Shown piece by piece: positions 36,600 through 50,500 of a DNA stretch of 64,000 nt (its first letter is position 1; every line of letters starts with the position of its first letter). This DNA comes from Octopus sinensis. Taxonomy: Eukaryota. The notes under the pieces were generated by a model. The model was not told where the DNA came from and made no database searches. It worked only from the letters and a program-made list of their open reading frames with translations. Made by a program: the position numbers and the translations under genes. The stretch lies in the NCBI RefSeq assembly GCF_006345805.1, contig NC_043016.1, positions 14,880,001 through 14,944,000 on the forward strand, in the 5' to 3' direction.

Positions 36600-36960
36600 T
36601 TACAGGTAGGACAGCAAGTGGACATACAGGCTTAGGAAAGACTTAATCAACCCGTTTGCATCTATGGGATTGAAGATCACCATAGAGACCAACCTCACAA
36701 TAGCGGACTTCTTAGGCATCAAGCTCGACTTGGGATTTGGTACTTACAGGCTCTACCACAAACCAAACGAGAGGCTAACATATTCAACACAGCTTCCTGT
36801 TACCCACCCATCGTGTTCAAGAACAGTCTTTTCTCTAATCAAGAGAACTTTGACACAGCGGCCCCATACTATAATGAGGCCCTGGCTGCCAGCGGACTTA
36901 AGGACCACATCTCCTATATGTTGGAACCCAAAAGCCACAGAAATACAATTTGGTTTGCCC
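36600..36960 (+). pseudogene. Penelope-like element RT (thumb region) relic
   Basis: RLRKDLINPFASMGLKITIETNLTIADFLGIKLDLGFGTYRLYHKPNERLTY...HP matches the PLE pattern LKIT.E...DFLD.TLDL..G.Y.PY.KPN...Y....NHP. Confidence 0.75.
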
Positions 36961-39900
36961 TCCCAACATCTCCCCTAACACAATAACACTTATAGATAGA
37001 CTATTCCTTAAATTAAATTAGAAGAAAAAAAAAGAGGCCAACAGGCTTTGGGGTCTGACAATATGCCATAAAGTTAAACCCTTTATGGACGGCCACCCCA
37101 TTAAAAAGTACATCTTAGAGTGTGCTTCTGCTCTGGACTTATGTTTTCTACAAATGATATATATGTGAGTGTGTGTGTTTTGGATGTACATAATTGTGAT
37201 AAATAACCCTGAAATATATCAGTAACTGATGAAAATCATCCAGCAGTAATGGTTCTGGTAATACTAGATGTGCATTTCTGTTTCTTTGGACTCTGCCAGT
37301 AGCATGTACCCACTGCAACCACACGCCAAAACAAAATCCATTGTCCCTGATATAGAAAGACAGTAATTGTAAGAACACATACCACAGTTAATTTGGCTTT
37401 CCATGATGTGTTTGCACTAAGTGTGACACACAGAATGCTTCTTTGAATCAAAATTGCTTCTGTTGAACGTTATGAGTTTATATTCAGCCAACCAGCTAAC
37501 TTCAACATCAGTCATTGTTTTGTTCAAAAACATTCCAGCCTTGACTACCCCATCTTTTTGTTTATCTGGTACTACATTGTGTAATTTCATTTTTTAAGCT
37601 AGTAAGGTGAGATTTTGAATGAATTTAGTTGCTATTTCTTGTGGGATGAAAACTACAATGCAAAAGTCAGATACAGGCCATAGAGAAGCACTGCATTGTT
37701 ACACTGAAGTGTCTCACAGTTGTGTACAATTAGTGCTTGTCAAGAAAAGTATCATGTTTTTGGAAGTGAAGATGATTATAAGTAACAGCAAGGAGGTTGT
37801 CAATATGCTGAGGGAAAAATGTGGGATGCATCAGAGTTGAAAGAATGGTTTCTAAGTTGAAGAACCACATTAGTAGTGCTTGTTGTAAAGAGGCAATTGA
37901 TCAGGAAACTTTTAATCCAAAAGATAGGAAATAAATGGAGCCTTACAAGGGATTTTCATGCAAGATATGGTCAAAGGATTTGTTAATGATGTCAAAGGGT
38001 ACCACAATTGTTGAAACTCTCAGAGGTTGAGGTTGATTGATGCATGATATATGAATGTAAACCTTCAGTAGGGATGGCTCTATAGAAAGCATACTTGTGT
38101 TTAATGAGAAAGGAAAGAGACCGAAGTTGAGAATAGCCATTTGCAACTTTTTCATCATCTTTGAGATATTGGGATTCAGTGTGATTGTACAATAATTGGT
38201 AAGGACGGGAAGCTTATCTTTCATGAGAATGGATGGAACACACTACTGTGTATTCATATAGATTAGGATAGATCTTCAAGAGAGACAGACAGACAGAGAC
38301 TGAGTCAGAGAAAGGGAGAGAGAGGAGGAATTGGCAACTGTTTGAGGGACGCCATTGAGATTTGCAGTCTAGTTGAAGTGATCAAAATTTGTCTTTATGA
38401 TTTTCACCTTGAACATATGTGATTGTGAGATATAAAGCAGAGAAGAAAATACATATGAAGTAGGAATCATATGTACCAAATAAGGTAATTTCATCAGTAG
38501 AAGTACTACTTAGAGAACTATTTTGGTTGCAGAGCAGTTGATAAGATTGTAAAAGCATAAGAGCTGGTCATAATCTGGGTTGGAAAGCAGCATGTGATAT
38601 AATGCACAATATGTGGATAGGAAACAGGATGTTTTAGAATTGATTAGATGGGTTATTGATGTTTTGGTAGGCTGGATTAGGCTGCATGTTGTACCTGTGT
38701 CAAAACCAAGTCTATTTGAAGTTTTCAAAGAAACCATTTATTTATACATAAACATTAACAATGATTATAACAATTACTAGCCAGAGGCTGTATTACTGAT
38801 TACCAGTAATGAGAGACAGGCATGAAAGGACAGATATATCTTTGTGTTGCGAGAAGTGAGAAAACTGTGTGGTTCTTTGTAGATGAATGTTTCCTTTTAA
38901 CCTGGAGTTGAGCTGCAACCAAGAAACCTGTCTTTTCATGGACCTCTGATATCTTTGGCTTTGTCTTTGCCTCTCACAGACTGATTGTGGTGCACATCTA
39001 AATTTATAGCCATATTTTGGCAAGGACATCATGGAAAATTCATCATTGTATGATTGCAGCTGAAAAACTATTAATCTGAATCAAGGAAAAATTGCCTGAT
39101 ATGTTCTGGCCTATTTCTCATTGACGCAGTTTCAAATCTCAGTTTTGCCCCAATGTAATTTCAGGTCTTCTTTAAAGCATGAAATTTGTAAGTAAAGAAA
39201 TGGTTTCATGAATTTAAGTTCATCTAAGTTAATTCATCATCTGGTTTAACATCACCTCCTTGCAGGGCCTCCAAGAGAAATTTGGCAAGGCAGAGCAAGA
39301 CTGTTTTCGAAGTCCCAGAAGTAGGGGAGTGGAGTAAATGCTTTTGAAAATCAACTGAACAGTATTTCTTATCTTTAAGGAAGGATAATCTCTGGCTTTT
39401 ATTTTGTTCTTGGGACTCTGAACCGATGTAGTACCGACTGGACCACACCACTTTAAGGTCCAACCTCCAGATCATTGAGTATTTGAGTCAGGTATCCGTT
39501 ATGAGGACAACTTTCTCTTTTCACATCAATGCCAAAGGCTTTAAAAAGAGTCAGAGATGCTGCCTTTTTTCATTTAACTCATTATTTAAAAATTTATTAA
39601 TCAAGATGAAAAATTAAAAGGGGTAACATTGTTCACATAAATGTTATTAAATATTTCATTTTCCTTCTACTAGACACAAATTCCACAAATATGTCAATCG
39701 CAGTTTTCATTGTGGCAATAACAGCGAATATAAACATGACTTTAAAATTATTCACGGCAGTTCATAAGAAACAACAATCGAGACATTAAAGGATTCCACC
39801 AAAAAACATGTTAAACTGGAATTATTTTGAATATCTTTCCAAAGATTATTAAAAGCTTGTATCGAAATAATTTATTTCCTACTCGCTGTTGACATTAAAC

Positions 39901-40259
39901 ACTTTAAAAATCACACGACTACTTGGAGAAGTCTTGATTTTGATGGAATATTCAAAGAATCTACGTGAAATCAGAGCTAATAAACCACAATTTGCTTATT
40001 TTGATTAAGACAGCAGTCTGACACCATCACTTCTAACCATTAAAGTGATTTATAGAGAAGATAGCATGGCGGAACGATATCAGTGTATTTATTACTTCAA
40101 CACAACCATGAAGCAAAGAGAATTTCGTAAATAAATCAACAGATAATAGAAAGACAGGCACAAAACATCATTTTATATAATTCTTAAATATGTACAAAAG
40201 AAATGTATGAAAAGAAAGATTAAATTATATTTCCGTTAAATTATTCACAGTAACTATTT

Positions 40260-40436
40260 TTTCTCGGCGTGTAAATAGTCCCGAGTCCATCGTGTCAGGT
40301 CATATCTGCCGGAGACGGAACTTCCTTGCGGCTGCGGCGGAGGCGACTCGTCATTAAAGAATCATCGAAAAACATGGTTTTTTGTCCAGCAGAAACAATA
40401 ACGTGGTCGCATAGGTGCAAAAACACGAAAAAAAAT
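40260..40436. promoter_or_regulatory. CpG-rich DDOST promoter/5' UTR with ETS-like CGGAAC/ACTTCC sites (~40316-40325)
   Basis: Local CpG enrichment (ccggagacggaacttccttgcggctgcggcggaggcgactcg) in otherwise CpG-poor DNA, immediately upstream of exon 1; the ETS assignment is from the motif only. Confidence 0.55.
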
Positions 40437-40593
40437 ATGTTTTCATCTATTATACTCACTTCTTTTGTATTTTTCTTATGCATGACGCTTTCTTTACAAC
40501 AAAATTCTGGCTTCGGCGGTCGAAGAACCTTGGTTTTGGTGGACAGTTGGTCTTTGAGAGAAACACATTCGATCTTCTTCAAAATGTTGCGTG
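40437..40593 (+). CDS. DDOST: DDOST exon 1 (signal peptide [20 protein letters not shown]...[23 protein letters not shown])
   Basis: ATG at 40437, hydrophobic leader, conserved TLVL...RETHSxFF, donor G|GTGAGT (phase 1). Confidence 0.93.
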
Positions 40594-41524
40594 GTGAGTA
40601 TTTATACACACAACTATTTATATTTCTACATACACAGGACACATGCACACACACACATATATATATATATATCAAAGTGCATTATGTTTATATATACTTC
40701 GCCGAGGTCTACTTTGCCTTTCATCCTTTCTGGGTCGATAAATTAAGTACCAGTTACGCACTGGGGTCGACTTAATCCCTTTCTCTGTCCTTGTTTGTCC
40801 TCTCTGTGTTTAACCCCTTGTGGGTAGTAAAGAAATATATATACTTATGTATATATGTATGCAAGGTTGGCATTTTACGCTGATAAATTGGTCAAGAAAT
40901 GACCGAATATTTAATGTTTTATGTTTCCAGTTATGCCCCGAAGTTAATTCAGGTTTCATTAAATGATTTTATCATTTATTTAATTACAGAAAGATTTTAA
41001 AATGATATAATTGAGCGAGTGTATGGTCCCCGGTCGTGCAGAGATGTACACGTGTATATAGGCAAGGCAGCAGCACCCTCCCCCTCGTCCAATAAACACA
41101 CAAACGTGTATATATCTGTATACACACACTGAAATATATATTTATATTTATGTGTATATACATATATGTGTGTGTGTATGCATGTGTTTACATCGTTATT
41201 ATACAAGGAAGCCTCGGATCTATAAAAATATGCTAAATCTCCCAAATTATATCATAGCGTCTTAATTAGGAATTAATGGTTATAAGATTATCGTAACTCT
41301 AAAGAAAAGACGAGAGGATCACGGTTGGGTTGTTTTTGATAAGCCTACTCGCTCACAATCGTTAATTAGGGTTAAAAAGCAATTGTTTACTAGCAGTTAT
41401 ATTTTTTAATACTATTTAAACATAAGATTTTGTATATTCATATATATACATACGTATATATATATACATATGTATATATATGTATATGTTTATGTATATA
41501 TATATATACATACATACATATGTG

Positions 41525-41555
<31 letters not shown>

Positions 41556-44531
41556 GTATGTATGTATATATATATATATATATATATACATACATATGTA
41601 TATATATATATAGATAGATATATCATGAAATTAGATCACATATTTGTTTAGAATACATAATCTTTTGTTGTGTTAAAAGAAGACTTTCCAATATATGCTT
41701 TAGTTACTCTGTTAAATGCCGTATATTTAATCTTGATTATAAAAATTGTGTTTAATTTGAGGCGAGAAGCAGTGCTTGGTTCGTCTACAAGGCTGACGTG
41801 TCTCAATCAGCAACTACCTTCGTGTGGAGAGTACATAGTTTGGGGGGTTGCTAACCAGAACAGGTTTCTGCTGCAGTCCAGAGATTCTCTTTGGATATTT
41901 GTTGTTAATATTAAGTTTGAATTTTTAATTCATAACAAAGAAAGAAAGAAAAAACGGCTTCTTTGTGGCTTAACGATAATTTGTGTTGGGATTTGTTGCA
42001 TTAGTTTTAATCCTCTGAAATTAACAACGTTGATAAATCTCTTAATGATACATTAGACATGTACTTCGGTAGTAGCAGCAAACCTTACAAACGAGACATT
42101 GATGCCGTTGAATTTCTCATCCGAACATTTACACGTCATTATCATCATCATCATCATTTCCCGTCTGCTTTCCAACTAGTATTTAGAATGGTTCGACAAC
42201 ATGGAATTATGTCGGAGAACCTTATCTTCCAACATCTCATTTCTGGCCTGGTTCTTCAACTGGATGCCTTTCCTAACACCAAACACGTTAGCGACTGTAT
42301 TGGGTGCATTTTGCAGCGCCATGACTGCCGGGGGAGCCATCGCAGCTTGGTGTGCAAAAGAGAGCATCCCACGATAGAAAGAACAGATTTATTGTGAGGG
42401 AATAGTAATATACACAAATTGCTTTTGCTCATGAATTAGCTAATTAGGGGATGATCTAACTCTGCACTCATCAGATTTGCTGGTGTGGAAGCCATGGTGA
42501 CGGCTTTCTGCTACTACGGATCAGCAAGTACTATTACATCTGGTTTGTGGGTGCTGTGAATTTCTTTTTCCTAGATCTAAGCCCAAAGTATTTGAACTTT
42601 GCAAGTGATTTTGCAAAGAAAAAAAGCTTGCCATCTCAAACATCTGACCAAGTCAGTCATCTGTTCTACCAGCATTTTCCTGTGGGGCTCATTAGATAGA
42701 GTTTGGATATTTTTTGTTGAGTGTCCCAAGTCATACAGTAGAGAGATATACAATATGGATATTGTATATGAAGATACTGCTGTAGATGATTCACTTCAAC
42801 CTAGCAAAACAACTGCAGAATTGAAGCACTTTGGTCTTAGATCCAGGAAAGAGATTCTTAGATGATTAATGTAAGGTACAGGCATGGCTGTGTGGTTAAG
42901 AAGTTTGCTTCCCTACCTCATGGTTTTTGGTTCAATCCCACTGTGTGACACCTTGGGCAAGTGTCTTCTACTATAGCTCCGGGTTGACCAAAGCCTTGTG
43001 AGTGGATTTGGTAGATGGAAGCTCAAAGAAGCCCATTGTATATGTTTGTACATGTGTATGTTACTGACTCCTTGCTTTGATATCATGTGGTAGTTGTAAG
43101 CAGTCTTCTGTGAAAAAGTATCTGGTTATGAGGAAAAATTGCCTCACTTAGAAGCAAGTGAGGCTTTGTGACAGGAAAAGCATCCAGCTGTAGAAAATTC
43201 ATCTCAACAAATCTTGTTCAACATATGTGAGCATGAAAAAGTAGACAGTAACACAATGATGATAATGCATACTTATATATGGACACACATCACTCATACA
43301 AACATTCATGCACACACAATCATGTATATATATATAATGGGTTTGTGAATATATGTATGCAGCCTACCCAAAAAAGTCAACTCTCTTTTCTCCACCCCTG
43401 TCAACTGTGGCATCATTATCCTATTACTGGCATTCCTCTACCTTCCCCAACTGACCTTTTTCCACCCCTGTATCCCTCACCTCCTCCATCCACCCTTCAA
43501 CCTTATCTAATCATTACAGATGTTGTCTATCTCCCTTCTCCCCCAGGTCTTGCACCCCTATACATTCTTACAACCCTCTACCCACACACAGTCCTTACTT
43601 TTCTGTTCTTGTTCACTACTATTCACCTCATCATCTTGAGATACTACCTGGATACTTCATTGCCACAATTTATCTCTACTAGCTCATTCTCAACTATACC
43701 TTAAATGTGAGCAGCCATGTAACTCCTTTGCCACAACAACCTGTTCTACCTGAACCCCTTCTCTCAAACCTTAACCCCCTCACTAGTCAGTGATGTTAGG
43801 CTAGCCGTGTTGCAATGTCTAAAAGAATAATTTTGAAACTTGTATCAGAATTTGAATAGACAACTCTGGAAGAAAAATTAACATCAACAGAAAATTTGTA
43901 GACTGTATCCTTATCTAACAGTTCATAAGAGAGCAGTTATGGCTATTACTGAAATGGCTGTTATTAGTGAAAGCGTTTTCACTAGTTTCATTTAGCTTGT
44001 GAGTATTAGAAGAAATTAGGAGTAATCAAATAAGGAATTTTTACTGTGTTTTTGTTGATTTTGTAGTATTTATGACTTGGAGGAAAATGTTTTTTTAAGA
44101 CGGGACTAGATTTTCCTAATAGATGTAGTTGCATCTGTTTTGTTTTAAATATGTTTTTTCATATTGTGTTTTTGTTGTATATGGTGTGGGTTCTATATTA
44201 TAATAGCTCTGTGGAGCTATTATAATATAGTGCAGTTTCTGTAAAGCATATTTACTTGATGTAACACTCAATCTTTTTAACTCTTTCTACTACCCCTACC
44301 ATGAACCAAATGAATTTTTGCAATACATCCATGTTCACTCAATCACCCTAGTATCATTATCAACCACCTTGTACTAGAAAATCTTTCAAAGACTTTTGTA
44401 CCTCGGTATTAGGAAGGGCATCCAGCCGAAGAAAACCTGCCAAATCAGACTGGAGCCTGGTACAGCTCTCCAGCTTATCAGTTCTAGTCAAACCATCCAA
44501 CCCATGCCAGCATGGAAAGCGACACCAAATA

Positions 44532-44595
<64 letters not shown>

Positions 44596-47500
44596 ATATT
44601 ATATATATATATATATATAATATATATATATACACTGTTATATATTATCCCCAAACTGGTTATTTTCTGGGAATTTTTTAGCTGTACTATTTTATAGCTT
44701 ATCTAGTTTTTATGTGTATATATTTGTGTATACTCTTGTATGTGTATGGGTCTTATGTAGATTGTATATGGTGATATGCATGTATAAAAGTTGTGTGTGT
44801 ATGTGTATATATATATAATTAAGTGTAGACATGGCTGTGTGGTAAAAAGCTTGCTTCCCAAACAATGGTTCCAAGTTCAGTCCCACTACATAGCACCTTA
44901 GGCAAGTGTCTTCTAGTAGATCTCTGGGCAGACCAAAGCCTTGTAAGTGGATTTGGTAGACGGAAACTGAAAGAAGCCTGTTGTGTGTTTTGGCAGAAGG
45001 GACTTGGAGAATAAGTCCTGGGGTTGATTCTTTTGTTTAAAACCCTTCAAAGCAGTACCCTGAAACAAGTCAGAGATAAAAAAACGTGTGTATATATACA
45101 TACAAGTATACACATACATACACACACACGTGTGTGGATAAGTATATATAAATGTATGCATATGTATTAGTAGATATGTGTGTCTGCAAAACATCTTGCC
45201 AACACCTCCACTTGGGTTCACCACTTTCTGTATTTCTCTCCCTGCCTCCTCATAATGTGTCCATGTCAAAATCTCTTCCCCACCATGCATTCTCCTAACT
45301 TCCCCTCCCTCTATCTGCACTTACTACACCTCTTCTCCTCCTCTCCATCACTCACGAACTTACCCACTCACTCACCCTTTGCAATCCTTGTTTCCATTCC
45401 ATGTGTATCACTCCCCCCTCCCCATCATGTCTTCACTGTTTTCTCTCTCTACTCTCTCTAACTGAGGTAGCCATGTACATCCTTTCCTGCAGGACACCTA
45501 TTTCTCCCTCTCTCTGTACTCAAACATCTCACCACCAGGTACAAAGCCACCTCCCTCTGTCCTATTCCTCCCCATTGTTGAGGGAGTCGTGTCTTGCAAG
45601 TTACTTGGTGGACCCCACTTCTGCTGCTGCTGGTGCCACATAAAAATCACCCTTTGTACACTCTGTAAAGTGGTTGGCATTAGGGAGCACATCCAGCTGT
45701 AGAGATCATGCCAAAACACACAATAGAGCTTGGCACAGCCTTTTCACTTGTCAGCTCCTGTATATTTATTTATATATCATCATCATCATCTGACAGGCAA
45801 TCTGCAAGGCTGCATCAACCTTCAGCGTCAGCTTTGACATAATCTCTAAGGCTGATGCTGCCCTTCCTAACACCAACCACTTTACAGATCGAACTGGCTG
45901 CTATTTTCTTTATGTGTCACTGGCACTTGTGAGGTTGCCAGATAACTTGCAAGATAGCAGAAAAGGTAAAAGCACCTGGTATTTTAGAGATAGGAAGGTG
46001 GCTTTATGCCAGATGTTGAAAGGCTAAAAAAGTAAGACCGAGGGACTAGTGTAGGTGTCTTGTTGTAGAGGTGATACAGGGCTAACCTCTTTTTTTTTTT
46101 ATTTATAGATGTGGCTGGGAGTAGTTTAGAAATAAATAAAAAGAAAGTAGTGATGGAGTGCCAGAGGAAACTCTTCAGGTACAAGAAGGGTTAAGGAGAG
46201 TGGGTCATGGGTGGGGAGGTTGGATGCTTTCATAGAATGTGAGGGTGAAGTAACAGACAGGCTGCAGAAGTGAATGTAGTGAGTGATAAACAACTACAGG
46301 GATGTAGTTAAGGGAAATACTAGTGTTGACCGTGGGGGGGGTAAGATGAGAGATAGAGAAGTGTTTCGGAAAGAAGGAGGATAGATCAAAAAGTAGCAGA
46401 ATGGTGTAGGAGCAGTGGAGAGGGAAACACAGGTATGTAAGAGAGCTAGAGTAAGTGGGTGTGTGATGGTAGAGATGTGAAGGTATTGAGAATGATAAAC
46501 AGACAAGAGTTGCTTAGAATAGAGTATAGCAAAGGGAAGAGAGATCAGTGACTGAGGGCACAAAAAAGGAGGTGGTGGTGTTGGTGATGAGAAATGGAAG
46601 TGATTGGAGTGTGGTGACTAGAAAGGGAATGTAATATCGGCCAGTTTGAATCTCAGGTAATTACAGTGCCATAGATAGGGGTGTTGCAGGTGTTAGGGGA
46701 TGAGAATTGGGGGAAGAGCTTGATGGAAGCGGGGGGGGGGGGTCGTACAAGGATATCAGGTGGTTTTAGGATATAATTTGTGCTGTAATAGACTCGGGTC
46801 TTCTCAAGCACAGTAAATCACTAATTATCAAAGTTCTCTGTCATCTCCTCCTTAAAGCTCAGCATCTTGAGATTAGCTTTCAACACATTATATGTATAGT
46901 ATAAGTATCTCTATGTACACACACGTTGTCAGGTTAGTTGCAAAACAAAGAATCGAAGAAAGAATGCTCCCTCAACTGGTTTGTGGAGGGGAAGGTGGCT
47001 AAATACTATTTATTGAGAGGCAAAATTTTGATAAGACAAGACACAAGAATCATGTTATAGAAGAGATATGTGGTTACCTCACATCATATGGTGGTGGCTG
47101 AGAGTAACTAGAAAAAACAAATAAGATAAAACTGGTGATGCTGAGATGTCAGACCATACTGTCAAGGTACAAAGAATTGAGAAAACACAAGAGACTCTGA
47201 ACTGAGGATGAAGAAGTGTGGCTGGCTAAGTTCATAGGTGTGTGAGAGAAGGAGGACAGGTGTTTAGAGTTCAGGGTACAGATTAATATTGTGAATGACA
47301 TACAAGGGTGGCAGTATGGTTGTTGATAAATATCAGTGAAAGAATTAGCTCAAGAAGGAAGGGGTGATAAGTGGCAGTACTGGAGGAGGAGGAGGAGTGG
47401 GGGGGAGGTTTAGGGAGCAGCAGTATTATAAATCTACAGATAGATCAGAAAATATGAGGAGAGGGAGAGTAAAAGTTGTATAGAGACAGAGATTAGCAGT

Positions 47501-50500
47501 ATGGTGGTGGTGGTTGTAGTGAATGGGTTCAAAGGTGACAGTCTGTTGGTGGCAGATATGTGAGGGAGTTGAAAGTTGTGTTAAAGAGAGAGTATGGCAG
47601 TCTTAAGGAGTTGCTTAAAGGAGAGGCGGTGGGAGATACCGAGAGGAATAGAAAGGGGTTAACAGTGGGCAAAGTAGGAAGGATTGATATTGAGATTAAG
47701 GGCTGAATGTTAAAGAAAGTGGTCCCAAGAGTGAATGAGGTAACTAGTAGCACTAAGGGGATAAATATGAGTAGGTACCATTGTCAAGCGATGATTACAT
47801 TAGCCGAATAGTGCCATTGTTAGAAGAGTGGTGAAAGGTGGGAAAAGCTCAACAGAGTGGGTACAGGGTAGGACAAGGTACCTGTTTAGACATAAACCTA
47901 ATACTTTTAGAATCTCTCTTTTGCCAAGATAGAGAGATCCTGTAGAGTCATCCTCATTCCTTTGTTGCCTCACTTCGACCTGTATCTTCCTGGATCCCCT
48001 TCTTACACAAGTTACCCCCCTCTTGCATTGGCACTTCTTTATATTACATTCAATGCAGTTGTTCATAGTTATTCTTCTTCTGCTGATTTTGGAAGAAATG
48101 TTCACACGTGCAGAGCAATTAACCTCCATACCTGCACATGATTTTTCTTTTCTCTCCCTAATAACTATGCCAAGTCTGTTACATTGTACAGTTGATAGAA
48201 GCTCTGATGGGAATGTTCCACCTGTATTCTTTGTGCTAATTTCTATGTATTCCATAGAAAAGGTGTTGTTTTTATTTATCCAAGGGCAATCTTTCCTGCA
48301 GATGGCATTGTGCATTGTTTTAGCAGCAATATTGTGTTGTAGAAGCAGTTAATATCTCAAGGATGATATATTTTTGGACAACTACTGACCAAATTCATTA
48401 TGTCTGCTGCAGAAGAGCAGCATAATTGACACTTGAAATTGCATCTTGGGATTTTAAAAGCCTTGCTGTCCTGTTAATCCATGAGAAATCTGTAGCTATC
48501 CCTTTCTCACTCTTCCCAACATATTTTGTCAGTGAAAACTTAGCCTTCAAGATGTGATTCTAATGTGGTGGTCATGGATCCAAAAGAAGCTACACTTCAT
48601 ATTAATATTGTCGTGTTTTTCTAGTTTACTGGAAACACACCAATGTATAACCTTACTGTGATGCGCAGAGTGTTTCCCTTCAGGTCTTTGCCAAGATATG
48701 TGAGTCCTGCACTGCTGGGTTCATAGCATGGTGAAAATTTCAGTAATGATTGTATAAGTTTTACAGCTGATGTTGATGCAGTATTCTCTCAAGTTATTGT
48801 GTCTAGCCATGTTGCGTTCAGATTAAAGTTTTTACTTTTGTTCCACATCTTAGACAAGAATGATTTTTAGGTCTTCCTGAAAAGGGGCCCTCAAACCACT
48901 GCATACAACCTGTGGGTTAAGAACAAACTTCTGGTCTATCCTGGCTTCTTGTAATACATTTTTTGTTAGCAAAGTTTTTCACTCTGCGCAAGGTTATTAA
49001 TTTTCCCACAAGATTTGGCATAGAATCTTCATACATTTTCATCAGTTTTCTCAGGAAGTAGTGTTGTGAACTTATCACCAACTTTACATTTTATAACGGC
49101 CTTTAACTGTCCTATTGCATGACCTAAATTCGTTAATTTATGTTACAAATATCTCCCAGATCTTCCTTCAAGGTAACAGCAACAGTATTCAAGCAGTTTT
49201 TGATATTCCAGTATGAGTTTAATAATTTTCCAGGAGCTTTGTAAATACCTTTTATTATGTGAGGGGTTGGTTTTTCCCCCACTCTATCAACATAGGACTT
49301 TTGCTTAAAGATAGCTTACAGAAGCCGGTGAAATTGATTACAAACTATAGGCGCAGAAGTGGCTGTGTGGTAAGTAGCTTGCTTACCAACCACATGGTTC
49401 CGGGTTCAGTCCCACTGCGTGGCACCTTGGGCAAGTGTCTTCTGCTATAGCCTTGGGCCGACCAAAGCCTTGTGAGTGGATTTGGTAGACGGAAACTGAA
49501 AGAAGCCCGTCGTATATATGTGTGGGTGTGTGTCTGTGTTTGTTCCCCCAACATCGCTTGACAACCGATGCTGGTGTGTTTATGTCCCAGTAACTTAGCG
49601 GTTCGGCAAAAGGGACTGATAGAATAAGTTCTAGGCTAAGTCCTGGGGGCGATTTGCTCGACTAAAGGTGGTGCTCCAGCATGGCCACAGTTAACTGACT
49701 GAAACAAGTAAAAGAGTTAAACTGTGGATGCAAAATATTTTTCAGCTCCGTATATTCTTCAGTCATCTCTGTCAGGTCAGTATGCAGAGAAAGGCTTAAT
49801 CCAAGTGTTGTGTGATAGTGGCATTGGTGGTGTAGCCCCCCCCCTCATTAAAGCAGTTACTATGTTTATCTTGTACATTGTGTTAAATCATCATCATTTA
49901 TTGTCTGTGCTGGCATGGGTTGTACAGCTTCAGGGGAGCTGGTAAGCCAGAAAGCTACACCAGGCTCCAATTGTCATCTTTGGGATGGTTTCTACATCTG
50001 GATGCCCTTCCTAATGCCAACCACTTTACAGAATGTACTGACTGCATTTTACACGGCACCAGCAGGGGATACTGTATACAGGGTACCAGCCCAGGTGCCT
50101 TTTACATAGCACTGGCAGAAGGCTTTTTATGTGGCACCTGCACAGGTGCTTAAGAAAGTCAGTTCTTCTGGAAATGAAAATTAAAATATTAAATGAATTT
50201 CAAAAAAAGAAATTGAAAGAAACTATAAAGCAATTTAATGTAAACGAAGCAACTGCTAAAACAACTGAAAGAAATGTTAGATAAATTGAAACCAATTTAA
50301 CCACAGAAATTTTAACTACGTACATATATAGTAGAATTATGGAAACAACAGGGAAAACTCTAATATTTTGGATAGAATATGAACTCCCCAAAACAATTGC
50401 CTATAAAATGGCTTGGTTGGGGGTGGTAGTGGTGGAGAAAAGACCTTATTTTGGACAGCTTAACTGTACAACCAACAGCAGTAATATTATTATTATTTAA

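Noticed and set aside
37205-37254. Possible hammerhead after the Penelope RT relic (ctgaaat..atcag taa ctgat GAAA)
   Set aside because: Stem II is good, but the core is not CUGANGA and stem III does not pair; at most a dead relic
41670-42397. 128-aa and 112-aa ORFs and a possible H/ACA-like hairpin in DDOST intron 1
   Set aside because: No recognisable domain or splice support; the second ORF overlaps an RTE tail; no H box found
49350-49430. tRNA gene
   Set aside because: A/B-box-like head of a SINE without a full cloverleaf
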